64,000 nt of DNA from Eledone cirrhosa (taxonomy: Eukaryota): the NCBI GenBank assembly GCA_964016885.1, contig OZ024743.1, positions 224,812,001 to 224,876,000 of the forward strand, given 5' to 3'. This document shows, piece by piece, positions 38,284 through 52,500 of this stretch. A program made the position numbers and the translations under genes. Numbering within the stretch: the first letter of the stretch is position 1; every line of letters begins with the position of its first letter. The notes beneath the pieces were generated by a model. It worked only from the letters and a program-made list of their open reading frames with translations. It had not been told where the DNA came from and made no database searches.

Positions 38284-39579
38284 CTAAATAAGAAATAGAG
38301 AGTACATTGGTAATATTATCAAAAGATAAAAAATAACATTTTTTTTTTTTTACATGTTAATACAAATAATTAAGAGAAAAACAAATTAAAAGCTTCAATA
38401 CTTTCATGTAACAAAACCAGCTGATCTAAAAGCCGATGAGTGTATAAAAATATGTGTAATCTTATCTTGTTCATTTTCTCCCTTTTCTCCTTTCTTCCTA
38501 TCACATCTGTGGGCCAACACACTTCTAGCTGCTGATTTCTATCCTTTGAGGTAAATTTTACCCGACACTGTCATTAACAGCATTTTGCTGTTTTAACAGC
38601 TTCTTTGCATTGAGTTCTTCTCATTATTCTACAATTTCTAATACACTCACGCTTCAAACTCGATATTTGAGATAACTTTGTTTATAAAATATTCCATGTT
38701 TTAAGTTAATTATTCATAATTAATATAAATTCACAGTGACTAACTGGTTATCATGCTGAGCCACAAACCTAAACAATTAGCCGGAGGTCTATTATATATT
38801 GAGAAACCTTTAATCAAAATGCTTATGATCAAATGTGTTTTGAATTTTGGAATATTTGTATACAGCATTTATAAAATATGACAGCTTGACAATAGAACTG
38901 AAGCCTAAAAACAATATCCATTTATAGTTCATAATACAGCTTATACATAGACACAGAAGGTAGCATTTTATGGAACTTTCCATTTATGGCAAGTAATAGA
39001 AATTTCTGTGTATTTAGTTTGTGGAATTGCAGTAAGAAGAACAAAATTCGTTAAGCTCTAGATATTTAAATTGCTTAACAACGAATGTTGCCTCTGGGGT
39101 TCCTTTATTTTAAGGTACTCTAATGTGATCTTCCTTTTGTCAATTTCTGAGCCTTATTTGAGATAGATCAATATTTGTATTCATAAGCTTATCTGAATTA
39201 TGTTCTAAGCAATGTTATTCATTGAGATATTATATATATAAAAGATTTGAAAATGGAATTGAAATAGCAGCTGTCACTGTATTTTTTACTACAGAAAATA
39301 GACCAATAATGAGGCATATAAGCTCCCATAATGGAACAGAATAGGGATCAGTATGTTTTGACTTTGCCTTTCATCCTTACGGGGTCGATAAAATAAAGTA
39401 CCAGTAATGCACTGGGTAATTGCTGGCCTTGTGCCTAAAGTAGAAACAAGTATGTTTGGAGATATCCATATTTTCTGTATTAAAAAAAAATATGGTGAAA
39501 GCTGCTAATTCAATTTAATTGTCAAATTCCAATCACCACCATCTTCTAAACCTCACAGGATTTGTTTATATATATGTGT

Positions 39580-39627
<48 letters not shown>

Positions 39628-39635
<8 letters not shown>

Positions 39636-40383
39636 TAAAATAACAGATTAAAGTTTAAGCAAAGAATCGCTGCTTTCACCCTTAACAGGATCTTCTGAAA
39701 CTAACAAAGTCAATCTGTAAACGCAGAAGTGGATATTTCAAAAAACGTTGCAACCGGAAGAAGACAAGAAGACGATACTTTGGTTCGTGGAAACGTTCCC
39801 TGGCAAAGAACGGGAAAAAACGAATATAATACGTCATTAATAGGAGCGGTAAAAAACAATTATGCGCAAAGACAGAACCACGTTTATGGTATAAAAGAGG
39901 TCGTAGACTAATGTTCTCTTAGGTGGTTCATAGAGATGTTCTCTGGCAATGAACGAAAAAAACGAAGATAATGCGTCATATGTGGAGCGTGGAGAACAAT
40001 TGCATGCAAAGACAAAACCATGTAAATGGTATAGCAGAAGTCGTAGACTTAGAGAAGTCGTAGTCATAGAGAACGTCTCTATGAACCACCTAAGAGAACA
40101 TTAGTCTACGACCTCTTTTATACCATAAACATGGTTCTGTCTTTGCGCGTAATTGTTTTTCACCGCTCCTATTATGACGTATTATATTCGTTTTTTCCCG
40201 TTCTTTGCCAGGGAACGTTTCCACGAACCAAAGTATCGTCTTCCTGTCTTCCTCCAGTTGCAACGTTTTTTGAAATATCCACTTCTGCGTTTACAGATTG
40301 ACTTTGTTAGTTTCAGAAGATCCCGTTAAGGGTAAAAGCAGCGATTCTTTGCTTAAACTTTAATCTGTTATTTTAATAAATAT
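39628..40383. repeat. Long inverted repeat (about 316-bp arms, 123-bp spacer)
   Basis: 39628-39944 and 40068-40383 are reverse complements with few mismatches. Confidence 0.92.
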
Positions 40384-40519
40384 TTGCTCTAAGATTCTTA
40401 TATATTTAATATATATTTATCCTTATCGAGCCCTCTTTGGATTTTAGTCTTCAAATTTATTATTATTACTATTTCTTCTTATTATTATTTCTTCTTCTTA
40501 TTATTATTACTAATTCTCA

Positions 40520-40800
40520 GACCGGGTGATGTGTTGTTTCCTTGAGCAAGACACTTTATTTCACAATGCTCCAGTTTACTCAGCTGTAGAAATGAGATGA
40601 TAGGGACTGGGGTCCATATCATTCCACTTCAAAGTGGTCGTGGAGGTGCCACGGCAAAAAAGCACCCAGCACTCACTGTAAATGAGGTTGGAGTTAGGAA
40701 GGGCATCCAGCTGTAGAAATCAAGCCAGAATCAGTTCCCGTCCCACCCTTGCAAGCAGGGAAAAAGCGGACGTAAAATGAAATGATGATGAAATAATGAT
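40520..40800 (+). mobile_element. CORE-like SINE with an RTE-type 3' tail (copies at about 14501-14708, 24545-24860, 26420-26615, 30360-30720, 34030-34347, 44160-44390, 46480-46740)
   Basis: gtgttgtttccttgagcaagacac core, then gttaggaagggcatccagctgtagaaa...ggacgtaaaa(tga)n, which is shared with the RTE LINE 3' end. Confidence 0.8.
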
Positions 40801-40889
40801 ATATATATATCATCATCACTGTTTTACATTCAATCTTCCACGCTAGCATGGGTTAGACGGGTTATCCTGTGGTGCTCATACGGGAACTG

Positions 40890-40942
<53 letters not shown>

Positions 40943-41030
40943 AAATACAAAATTAGAATTTCGTTTTTCACTCTAAAATAGCAATTCAATATAAAACTCA
41001 TGAATATATATATATATATATACATAATCA

Positions 41031-42756
41031 AAAGGAGGAAACTATAGAGGTATAAAGCTGATGGACCAGGTCATGAAAGTAACAGAAAGAGTTATAGCAC
41101 AATTGATTAGGGACCGGGTGAAACTAGACGAGATGCAATTTGCACTACTGATGCCCTCTTCCTTGTCAGGCAGTTACAGGAAAAGTACCTAGCTAAAAGT
41201 AAGCCACTCTACCTTGCATTTGTTGACCTTGGGAAAGCCTTTGACAGAGTTCCACGTGCTGTAATCTGGTTCGCTCTTAGAAAACTAGGAGTAGATGAAT
41301 GGCTTGTGAAAGCGGTACAAGCCATGTATAGGGGAGCAGTCAGCAAAGTTAGGATTAGCAATGAGTATAGCGAGGAATTTAGTGTACAGGTTGGGGTCCA
41401 CCAGGGCTCTGTTCTTAGCCCCCTCCTGTTCATCATAGTCCTGCAGGCAATAACGGAGGAGTTTAAGACCGGATGCCCATGGGAACTCCTGTATGCTGAT
41501 GACCTCGCACTTATAGCTGAATCTATGGTAGAACTAGAGAATAAATTCCAAACTTGGAAGCAGGGACTAGAAAGAAAGGGTCTCAAAGTCAACATGACAA
41601 AGACTAAGGTCCTTGTAAGTAGACGAGAAACCAGAACCCAGATCCCCTCAGGGAAATGGCCTTGCTCAGTATGTAGGAAAGGTGTAGGTAGGAACTCCAT
41701 TCTCTGCCCCAAATGCAAACAATGGGTACACAAGAGATGTAGCGGGATCTCAGGAAGCTTAATTAAGAATGTAGGCTTCACATGCAGCAGCTGTGCTGGG
41801 ACAGCAAGCAGCAAACAGCCACAGGAAACAAGTACCACCAATCTCTGGGAGGGCACTGTAGAAACAGTTGACAGCTTCTGCTACCTAGGTGACCGAATTA
41901 GCAGCGGAGGTGGGTGTTCAGAAAGTACAATAACTAGGGTAAGAACGGAATGGAAGAAGTTTAGGGAACTACTACCACTGCTATCTGCAAAAGGCTTCTC
42001 CCTCAAAATGAAAGGCAGACTGTATGATGCGTGTATCCGAACAGCGATGTTGCATGGTAGTGAGACCTGGGTGCTGAAGGTGGAAGACTTACGTAGATTA
42101 GAGAGAAACGAAGCCTGCATGCTCCGATGGATGTGTAACAGTAATATACGCGAACGACAAAGCATAAATGAATTGAGAGAGAGACTGAGCATAAGAGAGG
42201 AATCAAATGCTGTGTGCAGGAGAGGCGGTTGCGCTGGTATGAACATGTGATGCGTATGAAGGATGACAGCTGCATAAAAAGGTGCAGAGCACTAGAAGCC
42301 GATGGAAACCGCGGAGTGGGGAGACCCAAGATGACCTGGGATGAGGTGATAAAAGCCGACCTTACCCAATTACACCTCTCAAAGGCGATGACACACGACC
42401 GTGACCTCTGGCGTCACGCAGTAATACAGAGTACCCGACCTCCCATGGGTACAAGCTGAAGCATATAGACAATATGCCCCCACTGCAAGGTGGTTGTGGA
42501 GGTGCCACGGCAAAAAAGCACCCAGCCCACACTGTAAAGTGGACGTGTAGGCGCCACGAAAAAGCACCCAGCACTCACTGTAAATGAGGTTGGTGTTAGG
42601 AAGGGCATCCAGCTGTAGAAATCAAGCCAAATTAGTTCCTGTATGAGCAAGGTATGGTCAGCCGACCAGACACTGCCCACAACAGGACAACCCGTCTAAC
42701 CCATGCTAGCGTGGAAGAACGGATGTAAAACGGTGATGATGATGATGATGATGATG
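41031..42756 (+). mobile_element. 5'-truncated RTE LINE with 3' UTR and (GAT)n tail
   Basis: RT ORF 41306-42250 (LYADD, PHD-like finger) plus frameshifted C-terminus 42214-42459 (RLRWYEHV, GRPKMTW). Confidence 0.95.
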
Positions 42757-43056
42757 AAAAGCATTTATAACAGAAACAACATTTAAAGAACCAATTATAA
42801 TCTAGAAGCTAAATCACTCTCTGTATCTTGCTTGCCAACTTCATTATCACTGAACTAAAGGTTATTATGTAAGTTAGTCACTCCTGAACCATGTGGAATT
42901 TTGGGGTGATGGATGATCTACTCCCTGGCCAGGCTCATGTCTGCCAAATCTTCCTTTACAAACCTTGAAAAATAGATCTTGACAGATCTGCTTCGCCTAA
43001 CTCCTCCGGCTTCCAGAATATTATACTTACTAGTATAATATGCACACTACTACATG

Positions 43057-43504
43057 CTAGCAGAAAAACCACCCGATATTATACGCAAGTATATATGCAT
43101 GTAGATATGATACATCAAATAAAATCATAATTGACAATATACGCAGAAATTGAACGAAGACTGCGTTACACTCTCTTCTGTAATCTGTAACGTAATCCAA
43201 GATTCATTAAAAAAAGACGATATTATATATAAACTGCATTAGGAGAAAATTAGTGATGGAAATATATGAATGTTTATTTAACGATCGCTAACCGGAAGTG
43301 TTGACATTTGGAAATTTTAAAGAACTGAATCTTAAAATAAGTCACAAAATTATTTATATTTAATCAAGAATAACGAAATTTAGTAGATAAATTATGTAAT
43401 ATTCATTCATTATTTATTCAAAGTAATCCAACTTATTTTACAAACGGGATACAAATATGTATTCTGGACGTAGTCCCACACTCCTTACTTTATTATAGTT
43501 TAGA
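43057..43504 (-). mobile_element. Possible second Helitron-like element
   Basis: Minus-strand 5' TCTAAACTATAATAAAG and 3' CTAG; CpG-richer than the flanks. Confidence 0.45.
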
Positions 43505-43666
43505 TTTCAATTCAAATGGCTATAAAGCCTTAAGAGATATTACTTGAATCTAACATATACACCATGTAGTTTGGTCAACATTAACACTTTATCACAACTA
43601 TCTTCTCAGTATAACAGTTATTAGAAGAGAATATGTCAATCTCAGATACTATTAGTAATCACTCAC

Positions 43667-43797
43667 CTTGATCCATCTGTCTTATTAACAACACAAACCA
43701 ATGCAATAAGGCTTTCATCAGCTTTGCTTATCACTGGGACACACAGAAATGTTTGGATACTGATATTTAACAATTTTTCAAGTTCTTTGAGATTCTT
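43667..43797 (-). CDS. PDE2: PDE2-like exon (GAF-A, KNLKELEKLLNISIQTFLCVPVISKADESLIALVCVVNKTDGSR)
   Basis: tttacag/gtgagt, phase 0/2. Resembles PDE2A [22 protein letters not shown]. Confidence 0.92.
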
Positions 43798-45279
43798 CTG
43801 TAAAAAAGGGGGCAAAATCATGAAAGAGAAGTAAAGATAGATAAACTGAATGCATTATACTATTGTATTTTTATTGACTGTTTCGTAATGAGTGAAGCCA
43901 GTCAAATTATTGTTTCTACTTTTGGCACAAGGCCAGCAATTATCCTAGTGCATTACTGGTACTTTATTTTATCGACCCTGTAAGGATGAAAGGCATAGTT
44001 AACCTCGGCGGGATTTAAACTGAGACCGTAAAGGGACGTAACTCTATGCTTACAGTTCCATCACCTTGGAATAGCAAGAAAAGGTTTAAAAATACTAAAT
44101 AGAGATGAAAAGGTTGAGAAGACTCTTCAGCAATATCAGGGACATGACAACCTCTCAAGTGTGGGTGATACGACAAAAATGCACCTTGTACACTCTGTAA
44201 CCTTGGTGATAGGAAGAGCATCCAGCTATAAAAAAGCATGCCAAAACTAGAATTTTTGTGAGACATAGCTCCTTGACTTACCTGGGAGGACAACAGCTGC
44301 AATTAAGTATTGACTTAGTCTGTGATAACCCATCCAACCCATGCCAGCAAGGTAAAATGTTAAATGCTGCTGCTGATGATGATGATGATGAGAGTATATG
44401 ACATGAAGACAAGAAATGTGAAAATTGTTTGATATGCTGATGTGTGTGATTTAAATGTTGTAGGACATCTATAGGTTAATGAATATGCACTCATTAACCT
44501 CTCTTCTTACAGTTGAAGAAGAAACACTACTGTCATACAACAAACAGTGTGTCATGTCAATATTTAAACTAATACCACTCAGCCTACTCTTGAAAAACCT
44601 GTCTGAATAGGAAAGGAAAGGTTCACTAAGTGTTAAATCTTTAGTTATATATAGAGGGAGATATTAGCATTATTAGCATTTTGTCAATATCATCATATTG
44701 ATAAACATAGACTAGATATTACCAACAAGAATAATAATGTAACAATCGAGGAAAGATTGAGAGATCCACATACAAATAGGAAAACAGAAAGGAAAAAAAA
44801 ATGTGAAATAGAAAAAAAGATAAAAATCAAATGAAATATTTTTCATGAGCCATTAAGAAAGTTGCTTGAGTTTTCTTGAGAGATTCGATTAGTGTGGAAT
44901 GGCACCAACTGTGTACCAGAACTGTTTTGTTTTCAATCATTAGTTTTCAAAGTATTGCAAGACAACAAAAATATATTCCAGGAAGACATGTTTGTCAATA
45001 CTTGCAGATAAATTTATATATTTATTGTTGGATATATTTTCAATTTTTGTACGTTATCTTTCTATCTGTTATTGAGTTTGGTGTTTGTGGAAGAATGTAA
45101 CAAATATATAAATAAATCAATACAAAAATAAAAAAAAGGGAAAAAAAAAAGAAACATGATCAGAAGCAGTAATAACAATGGTAGTAGTAGTAACAGTGAT
45201 GTTGTATTGCTAGTATTGGTAGTTGTAGTTGTGAGTGGTGTTTGTGGTATTGGTGATAATGGTAGTATTAATAATTGTT

Positions 45280-45462
45280 TCTACTATTGGCACAAGGCCA
45301 GCAAATACCCAGTACATTACTGGTACTTTATTTTATCGACCCCGTAAGGATGAAAAGCAAAGTTAACCTCGGCGGGATTTGAACTCAGAATGGCAAGGGC
45401 CGTAACTCTATGCGTCAAAGCATGGCGTCCGACCCTTCTACCGATACTGCCAATTCACTGCC
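45280..45462 (-). mobile_element. tRNA-derived SINE (copies also at about 23320-23465, 32150-32340, 35815-36170, 39360-39450, 43915-44050, 61225-61395)
   Basis: Pol III A box TGGCAGTATCGG and B box GAGTTCAAATCC, followed by the conserved gc(c/t)tttcatccttacggggtcgataaaataaagtacc body. Confidence 0.85.
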
Positions 45463-45482
45463 CCTTAATAATGGCGTAGTGT

Positions 45483-45910
45483 TGATGATAGTAGCGTTGG
45501 TTGTAATGAGGATGTTAGTGGTGGTGGTGGTAGTGTTGATGATGGTGGTGTTGTTGGTGATGGTGGTGGTGTTGGTGGTGATGGTGGTGGTTATGGTAGT
45601 GGTGTTGGTGGTGATGGTGGTGGTGATGGTGGTGGTGATGGTGGTTGTGTTGGTGGTGATGGGGATGTTAGTGGCGATGATGGGGATGTTAGTGGCGATG
45701 GTGGTGGTGTTAATGAGGATGGTGGTGTTGGTGGTGATGGTGTTAGTGGCGATGGTGGTGGTGTTGGTGGTGATGTTGGTGGTGGTGTTGGTGGTGATGT
45801 TGGCAGTTGTGTTGGTGTTGGTGATAGTGGTTGAGTTGGTGGTGTTAATGACAATGGTGATGGTGTTGGTGGCAATTAATGGTAGTGGTGTTGGTGGAAA
45901 TGGTGGTGGT
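45483..45910. repeat. (GGT/GAT)n low-complexity tract
   Basis: Degenerate trinucleotide repeat. Confidence 0.9.
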
Positions 45911-46247
45911 GAGCTGGATGTAAATAATTGCAATGATACTCTAATTCAATTGATCAAATTAAGTTCTCTGATAACAAAAAAATCCTATTGTAAATGCTAA
46001 TTTATTTTATTGATAAGGGCAAGCAGGACGTCAACTTAACAACATTAGTCCAATAACATTGTTTCTCTTCCTGTTGGTAGCAAACACTTTCCAAATCAGG
46101 CACATGGCATGGCTGTGTGGTTAAGGTGTTTGATTTGCAATCATTTTCTGAGTTCAGTATCACTGTATGGCACTTTGGGAAAGTGCCTTAGGTTGATCAG
46201 TGGCTTGAGAGTGCAGAAGCCTGTCCTCTCTCTCTCTCTCTCTCTCT

Positions 46248-46306
<59 letters not shown>

Positions 46307-48733
46307 AATAGATAAATCGATAGATGACAGGCTATATTGTAAAGAGCTCAGCAGTCGGGATCCCAACACTTTATAATATAACCATACTCTACTATCCCAA
46401 GTATCAAGTACTCTGTTGAGTAATGGTCTAACCAGTTTCAAACTGAATCCATCCTGATTTATATATATATATATATGTAGTTGGCGTTTAGGAAGGGCAT
46501 CAAACCGTAGAAAACCAGCCCCAAAAGCACCCAGCCCACACTGTAAAGTGGACGTGTAAAAGACAGCAAAAAGTACCCAGCACACACTGTCAATGTGGTT
46601 GACATTAGGAAGGGCATCCAGCCAGAAACACTCCTATATGAGCAAGACATGGTCACCTGACCCAACTTGCCTCTAAATGGGACAAACCCATCTAACCCAT
46701 GCTAGCGTGGAAAATAGACTTTAATCGATGATGGTGATGATATATATATATAAGTGTGTGTGTATGTGCTTATATTTGTGTCTGTGCTTGTATTTATGTC
46801 CAGTAATTTAGTGGTTCAATAAAAAAAGATGAATAAAAGTACCAGACTTGAAGAATAAGTATTAGGTTTGGGATAATCAACAATATATAAGAACCATATC
46901 TTAGTAAAGAAATAATAGTTTTAGTAAATCCATCAAAATTCTTCATTAATTAATTGAATTAGAGCATTTTATTACAAATATTGTCATGAAAAGGAGGACT
47001 TCTTTGTAGAAATTACTGTTTATAATCCCTAATGAAAAATACTGCCTATGATTTTCAAATTATTTTGGAAATAAGAATTTGAAGAGATTTAATAATATAA
47101 CTAATTTTCTAATCATTAAGCTGATGGTTGGAAAATAACTTAATAAACATTCTTATATAAAATTATGATGGAAGGGTTTTAGATAAATATAAACACTTGA
47201 AAATAAACAGGGGCAGTTTCAGGTGATTTGATATCGAAAGGGTTAATGCAAAATACTCAATACACCTAGACATTTGAAATATGGGATTTAGATATCTGAT
47301 TAGATAGAATCTCAACATTCAAGGTTTTGTTATTATCAATTTTAATACTGAGTTTTGTTTACATACCTAGATACTATATTGAACAGAAAGTATGAGAATA
47401 CATAATAGGGTTTAGAGGAGCACTTACAACAAAAGAATAAATTGAAAGGAATAAGATGAGAAATGATATTTAAATGGATAAAAAAATAATAGAATTATTT
47501 TACTCAATATTTATATAAAATATTATAAAAACTTTGATGAATTTACACAACCTATTGAGAATAACAATTATATATTGATTAGCTAAATAATAGAAAATGG
47601 AGATTATTGAAATCATGATTACCAATTTATGTCCACTTTTCACAGTGGTATGGGTTGGGTGTATTGTCATGCCCCATGACCAGATTGGTCAGAATGACAT
47701 CATCTTGTTCATACATTCCATATTTGGCATGGATTCTATGGCTGGGTGCCCTGTTTTTCTATTAATTCACTTACATTTGGTTAATTAGTTAAGACCTTTT
47801 AGACTGATAGGAAGAAAAAAGGAAATCATACTCAGACTGGAGACCTGATCTGAATGCTCAAAGCAAGTGGATTCTGTTTAAGTCACATAAAGACCAAGTG
47901 GTGGTGGTGTTAAACTGGGCAACAAATAGCATTTAACCCTTTTGCTATCATATTTCTAATTAAATACACTACCTAGGATTTTCAAATCATTTTGAAAATA
48001 ATCAAGACTTTGGAGAATAACTCATTATTAAGCTGGTGTCTGGAGCATAACTTTTTATATAAAATTATGGTGGGTCATTTTTAGATAAATATAAACACTT
48101 TAAAATAAACAAATTTGTGTCATAGAATCAATATGGTTTCAGTATGGTACCAAAAGAATTAAACTGTAAAACATCAAACTATTAGTAGTAGTGGATGCAG
48201 TCAAGGAGGTCAGTCTGTGTAACAATAGCATTGTTCCAGATGTGGGAGCAATATTCTATTGTAGGTCTCACTTAAACATTGTAGAGATTCAACAACTGTG
48301 AAGAACGGAAATATTTTCCATTCCTCAAGAGAAAAGTCACTCTTTGCAATGTTGAGAATATTCTGTCAGAAAATGTTTAAATATGGAACACCAAGTAGCT
48401 GTCCAGATACTACAATACTTGACAAACAACAACAACAAGCATTTTAAGACCATTTCCCCTGCAAAGCTAGGAGTTAGCCATGCAGAGCCCATGGCAAGTT
48501 TCTCCATTTTCCTTTCTCTTCTGCATACTTCCTTCCTTACCCTTGTCTTTCATCATCTTTAGCCATGTCTTTTGTGGTCTTCTGCTTTCTCTACACCCTT
48601 CCACATTAATTTCCAAGACTTCTTTTACCCAGTCACTTTCATTCTTCCCCAACACATAACAACAATCATCTCATTCCATTTCTCTTCACAACCACCATCA
48701 CTGGCTCTATTCCCACACTCTTCCTATACTCAC

Positions 48734-48808
48734 ATTTGGTATATCTTTTTCTGAAATTGGTTCTTTCCCTTTCAGGGCTGCTCCAAACGTACTATGTTCA
48801 TTTTCATT
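48734..48808 (-). CDS. PDE2: PDE2-like phosphodiesterase exon (GAF-A, NENEHSTFGAALKGKEPISEKDIPN); most upstream exon found
   Basis: tttcag acceptor, gtgagt donor, 75 nt, phase 0/0. Position matches the PDE2A segment [22 protein letters not shown]; sequence similarity is weak. Confidence 0.7.
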
Positions 48809-49039
48809 CTGAAATGTCAAATACATTATTAGTGAAAACTAGCTTTACTTTCAAGAATATATCTTATCGGAGGATATGTCATGTCATAGTAAAACAGTAA
48901 GGAAATAACTGGATTTTTTTGAATATCACTTTAAAGTTGATAAAATGTTAATGTCTAAGCATTTCACAGAATGAACTCTTCCAGCAACAATATGACTGAG
49001 AAGTCATATACTCAACTATTTTTTATTACAATGTCAGAA

Positions 49040-49540
49040 GGGAGGTAGGTGTAAAAGTCAAACTTGCTATCTGCAATTCAGTGTTCATGTATACTCTTAC
49101 CTATGGTCATGAATCTTGGGGAATGACCAAAAGAATATGATTGCGAATACAATGACCAAAATGGGGTTTCTCTGAAGGGTCTTTGTTATAATGTTACTCA
49201 ATAGGGTGCATTGCTCAAAGATAAAGGAGTCACTCCAAGTAAAGCCACTACTTGCCTGAATTGAGAGATCACAGCTCCGGTACTACAGACATTTGCTTAA
49301 AATGTCTAAGAAAAGAATTGCTGGACAGATTTTATAGGCAAAGCCAACTGGCAGGAGACCCAGAGGTAGACTCCGAGCAAGCTGATTGACTAACAACTTT
49401 CAACTCAGTTGATCTAGCTTAAGGATCCAGTCAGATCAATTGGAGTTGGTTTCTTTTGATATGACACTCTGGGAGGAATATCTGAGGACACTGCCCCCAT
49501 GACCATCCCTGGAATAAGTGGGCAAAGAAGAAAAAGATGT
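49040..49540 (+). mobile_element. 3' fragment of another non-LTR retrotransposon (related copies at about 25370-25760 and 14010-14190)
   Basis: LTYGHESW...MGFL*RV...IERSQLR...GRRPRGR motifs. Confidence 0.7.
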
Positions 49541-52500
49541 CTGGTAAACTCAAGTAGATGCTGTGTAACTTGGGTATATCAACAAAAATTGCTGGTTGTA
49601 AATACAATAGCCATTACTATCATTGATCCCTCCACTGTCATCACTGCCACAGCTGCTGCCTTTCATATTACAGTCGCTATCATCACCAAAAATCATCATC
49701 TCATATGGAAAATAAGTGTTATTACTATGGAAGCATTAATCAGATAAATTAAAAATTCACATCTTTTCACTTTATGTTTCACCTCAGTTGGCTGACAGAA
49801 ATACTTGTTACAATTGATTTTAATTATTTCATTGTATTTTTCTTCCTGCTAAAAAAAAGGCATATTGGATTGTTATTGTTTTCTTTTTCCTTTCTTTCTT
49901 TCATTGTTCTTTTTTTTTTTTTTGTAGATAACTGGTTAGAATGTTGAACCATTGATACATAAATAATTGGTTTAATTCCAGACAGCAGCTTGCAGTGAGT
50001 CACTTAATCTGAATAATAAAGACAACTTCTGAAAATAAAAGACAACTGCTTTATAACAGCTACTATATCCTGTTAAATAATAGGTTTTCTCAAAGAATAT
50101 GAAAGAAAAACAAACATCTGAAACATGAAAAAAATTGATATTAAAATGTCAAAAATCCTTTTTTTTTTCATATTTCCCTTTAATGTGTTGAGAAAGAAAT
50201 GAAAAGTAGATAGGTCAGGTGAATAGTTTTATTGCTGGAGAGTAACCATAGTGAGAGAGGTCAATGAAGACTCTTCTAAAGACCCAAAACAGACACAGCA
50301 TATTAGATAAGATCTTGTAGTTGACTATTTTTCACAGTATATTACTGGACCTCTGACAGTTTGAATGATGAGTGTTCCAATCATTCAAACAATGGAACAG
50401 CATGCTCATGAAACTAATGTAAAAGTGGCTGAGCATTTGAAAACACATGTAGTCTTAAAATAGCTCTCAGGGAGATTCAACATGACACAGTTTGACGAAA
50501 CTGGTCCTTTGAATTATAGAGGTACAACATTGTATTATAGGTATAACTGAGTAGACTGAAGCAGCAAGAAAGGTCTTGCTCAAGGACACAACATACAACT
50601 GGAAGTCAAACTCATCACCTTATGATTGTAAGCTGAACATCCTGAACACTAAGCTAAGTGCTTTCACCCACAGTATATTACTGGTGATTATTAGCTGTGG
50701 AGAAGTTCAATTGATGTTAGCTGGGATGGAACATTGCACAGCAATCTTCTGTTCTATTTATCATTGAAATAGTTTCAATCCAGTAAGTTAACAGTAAAAA
50801 AGGAAAGAAGCTGATTGTGAGATTGGACCAAGGAAACAATGTTTCCATTGCTGACACTATCTGCTAGTCACAACTCCTGGCAGAAAGAGCAATGTGAAAT
50901 AAAATATTTCACACAAGAACACATGTCATCTGGTCCAGGAATTAAACCCACAACCTTAAGATTGTGAGTCCAGCATACTAAACAATAAGCAATGTGACTA
51001 TCCAAAGTTATTAGCCTGCCTTTAGATATATTGATTTTGTTCAAATTTTATAATTTAATTTTAATTTTAATTTAGATCAAATATTGAATATATTCTTTTA
51101 TGCATTAGTATTTAACCCTTTAGCATTTAAACCGGCTGTATCCGGCCAGAAATCTCTCACCTCTTTCTGTTCAAATTAACTGTAACTGGCCATTCATACT
51201 GATGTTAAGATTTGATCACTTTCACACTGTTTTGTCTTTGACATAGAGTTTAAGATATTTAGTTCCATCATTTAAATATATATGAACGCTTTTGTATTAA
51301 TTAACATATCAAGAGACCTAATTTTCAATATTAAACTTAAGAAAATAATTAATCCATGCTTTCTAATTCCTCAAGACATGGAACTAGTTACTATAGTTAA
51401 TCCTTTGAATATGCATTAAAGAAAATGATAAGAATGTGACATAACCAGTGAGAAAAAAGCCTATGGTGTGGGTAATTTGGATCAGCACAATTGAAGTTAA
51501 GAAGCAGTGCAAAATGAGCAAAGTGAAATAAAGGAGCATTTTAAAAATAAGAGCAAGTAGAAAAGCAGACTAAAGATGTATAAAGTGTGACTGTTGGTGA
51601 ATGTGTGTGAGAGAGAGAGGGGGAGAGGGGGGAGTGAGAGAGAGAGAATGAAAGTGAGAGAGAGAAGGTGTGAGAGAGAGGGAAAAGAGAGGGGGAGAAA
51701 GAAAGTGTGAGAGAGAGAGAGAGAAATAGAGAAAGAGAGAGGAAATGGGGTGAGAGGGAGAGAAAGAAGAGAGAGAGAGAGGGAAATGGAGTGAGAGGGA
51801 GAGAGAGAAGGAGGGAAAGAGGGAGAGAGAAAGAGAGAGGGTTGAAAGCTTGCTAGAAACATTGTTAAAGATAGAGAAACAATAAGAGTTGATAATAAAA
51901 GAAGTTTTACTTTAAAAAAACAAAAGAATAGAATAGATGAAATGTAATTTGTATTTTATACTTCTACAGGTGCCCCAGCATGGCCACAGTCTGATGACTG
52001 AAACCAGTAAAATAATAATGAAGAATAGCAGGGAAACATCATTTAAGAATGAAAAGAATCTCATTCCAAACCAAATCTTGCTCCATATAGAAATATCAGT
52101 GGTTTTACATATTGGTAGATTTTATAGTCAAGTGGAACAATGCTGAAGCTTTATGTTCATATCAGTTTGTTTGTAGAGAACTGCAGACAACATGTTATGC
52201 TGAATATGTTTGTGATTGAGGTGTTAAACTACTGAGCAAAAGACCAAAAATTTGAACTATTCACATACCCTAAAGGACTCTGTGAACATACCTGAAAAGA
52301 AAGAGTATTACTGCCATTTTAAAGTTGGCTATTTATAGTCTTATGAGTGGCAACTGATTGTAGAAAGAAACATACTAACAATTCATGTAAATTTCGCAGT
52401 TTGAAGCTTGATCCAACTCAATGGAAAACAGGTATTTATGGAAAAAAGTTATATAAATATATACATATATTTATTCATTTACTGTTTAGTTAAGGCAGAA

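Noticed and set aside
45410-46000. Val/Met-rich and Thr/Pro-rich ORFs
   Set aside because: They arise from a (GGT)n tract and show no splice or homology support.
52269-52291. 23-nt segment flanked by a strong acceptor and a gtatgt donor on the minus strand
   Set aside because: No PDE2-like peptide in any frame; unsupported without RNA data.
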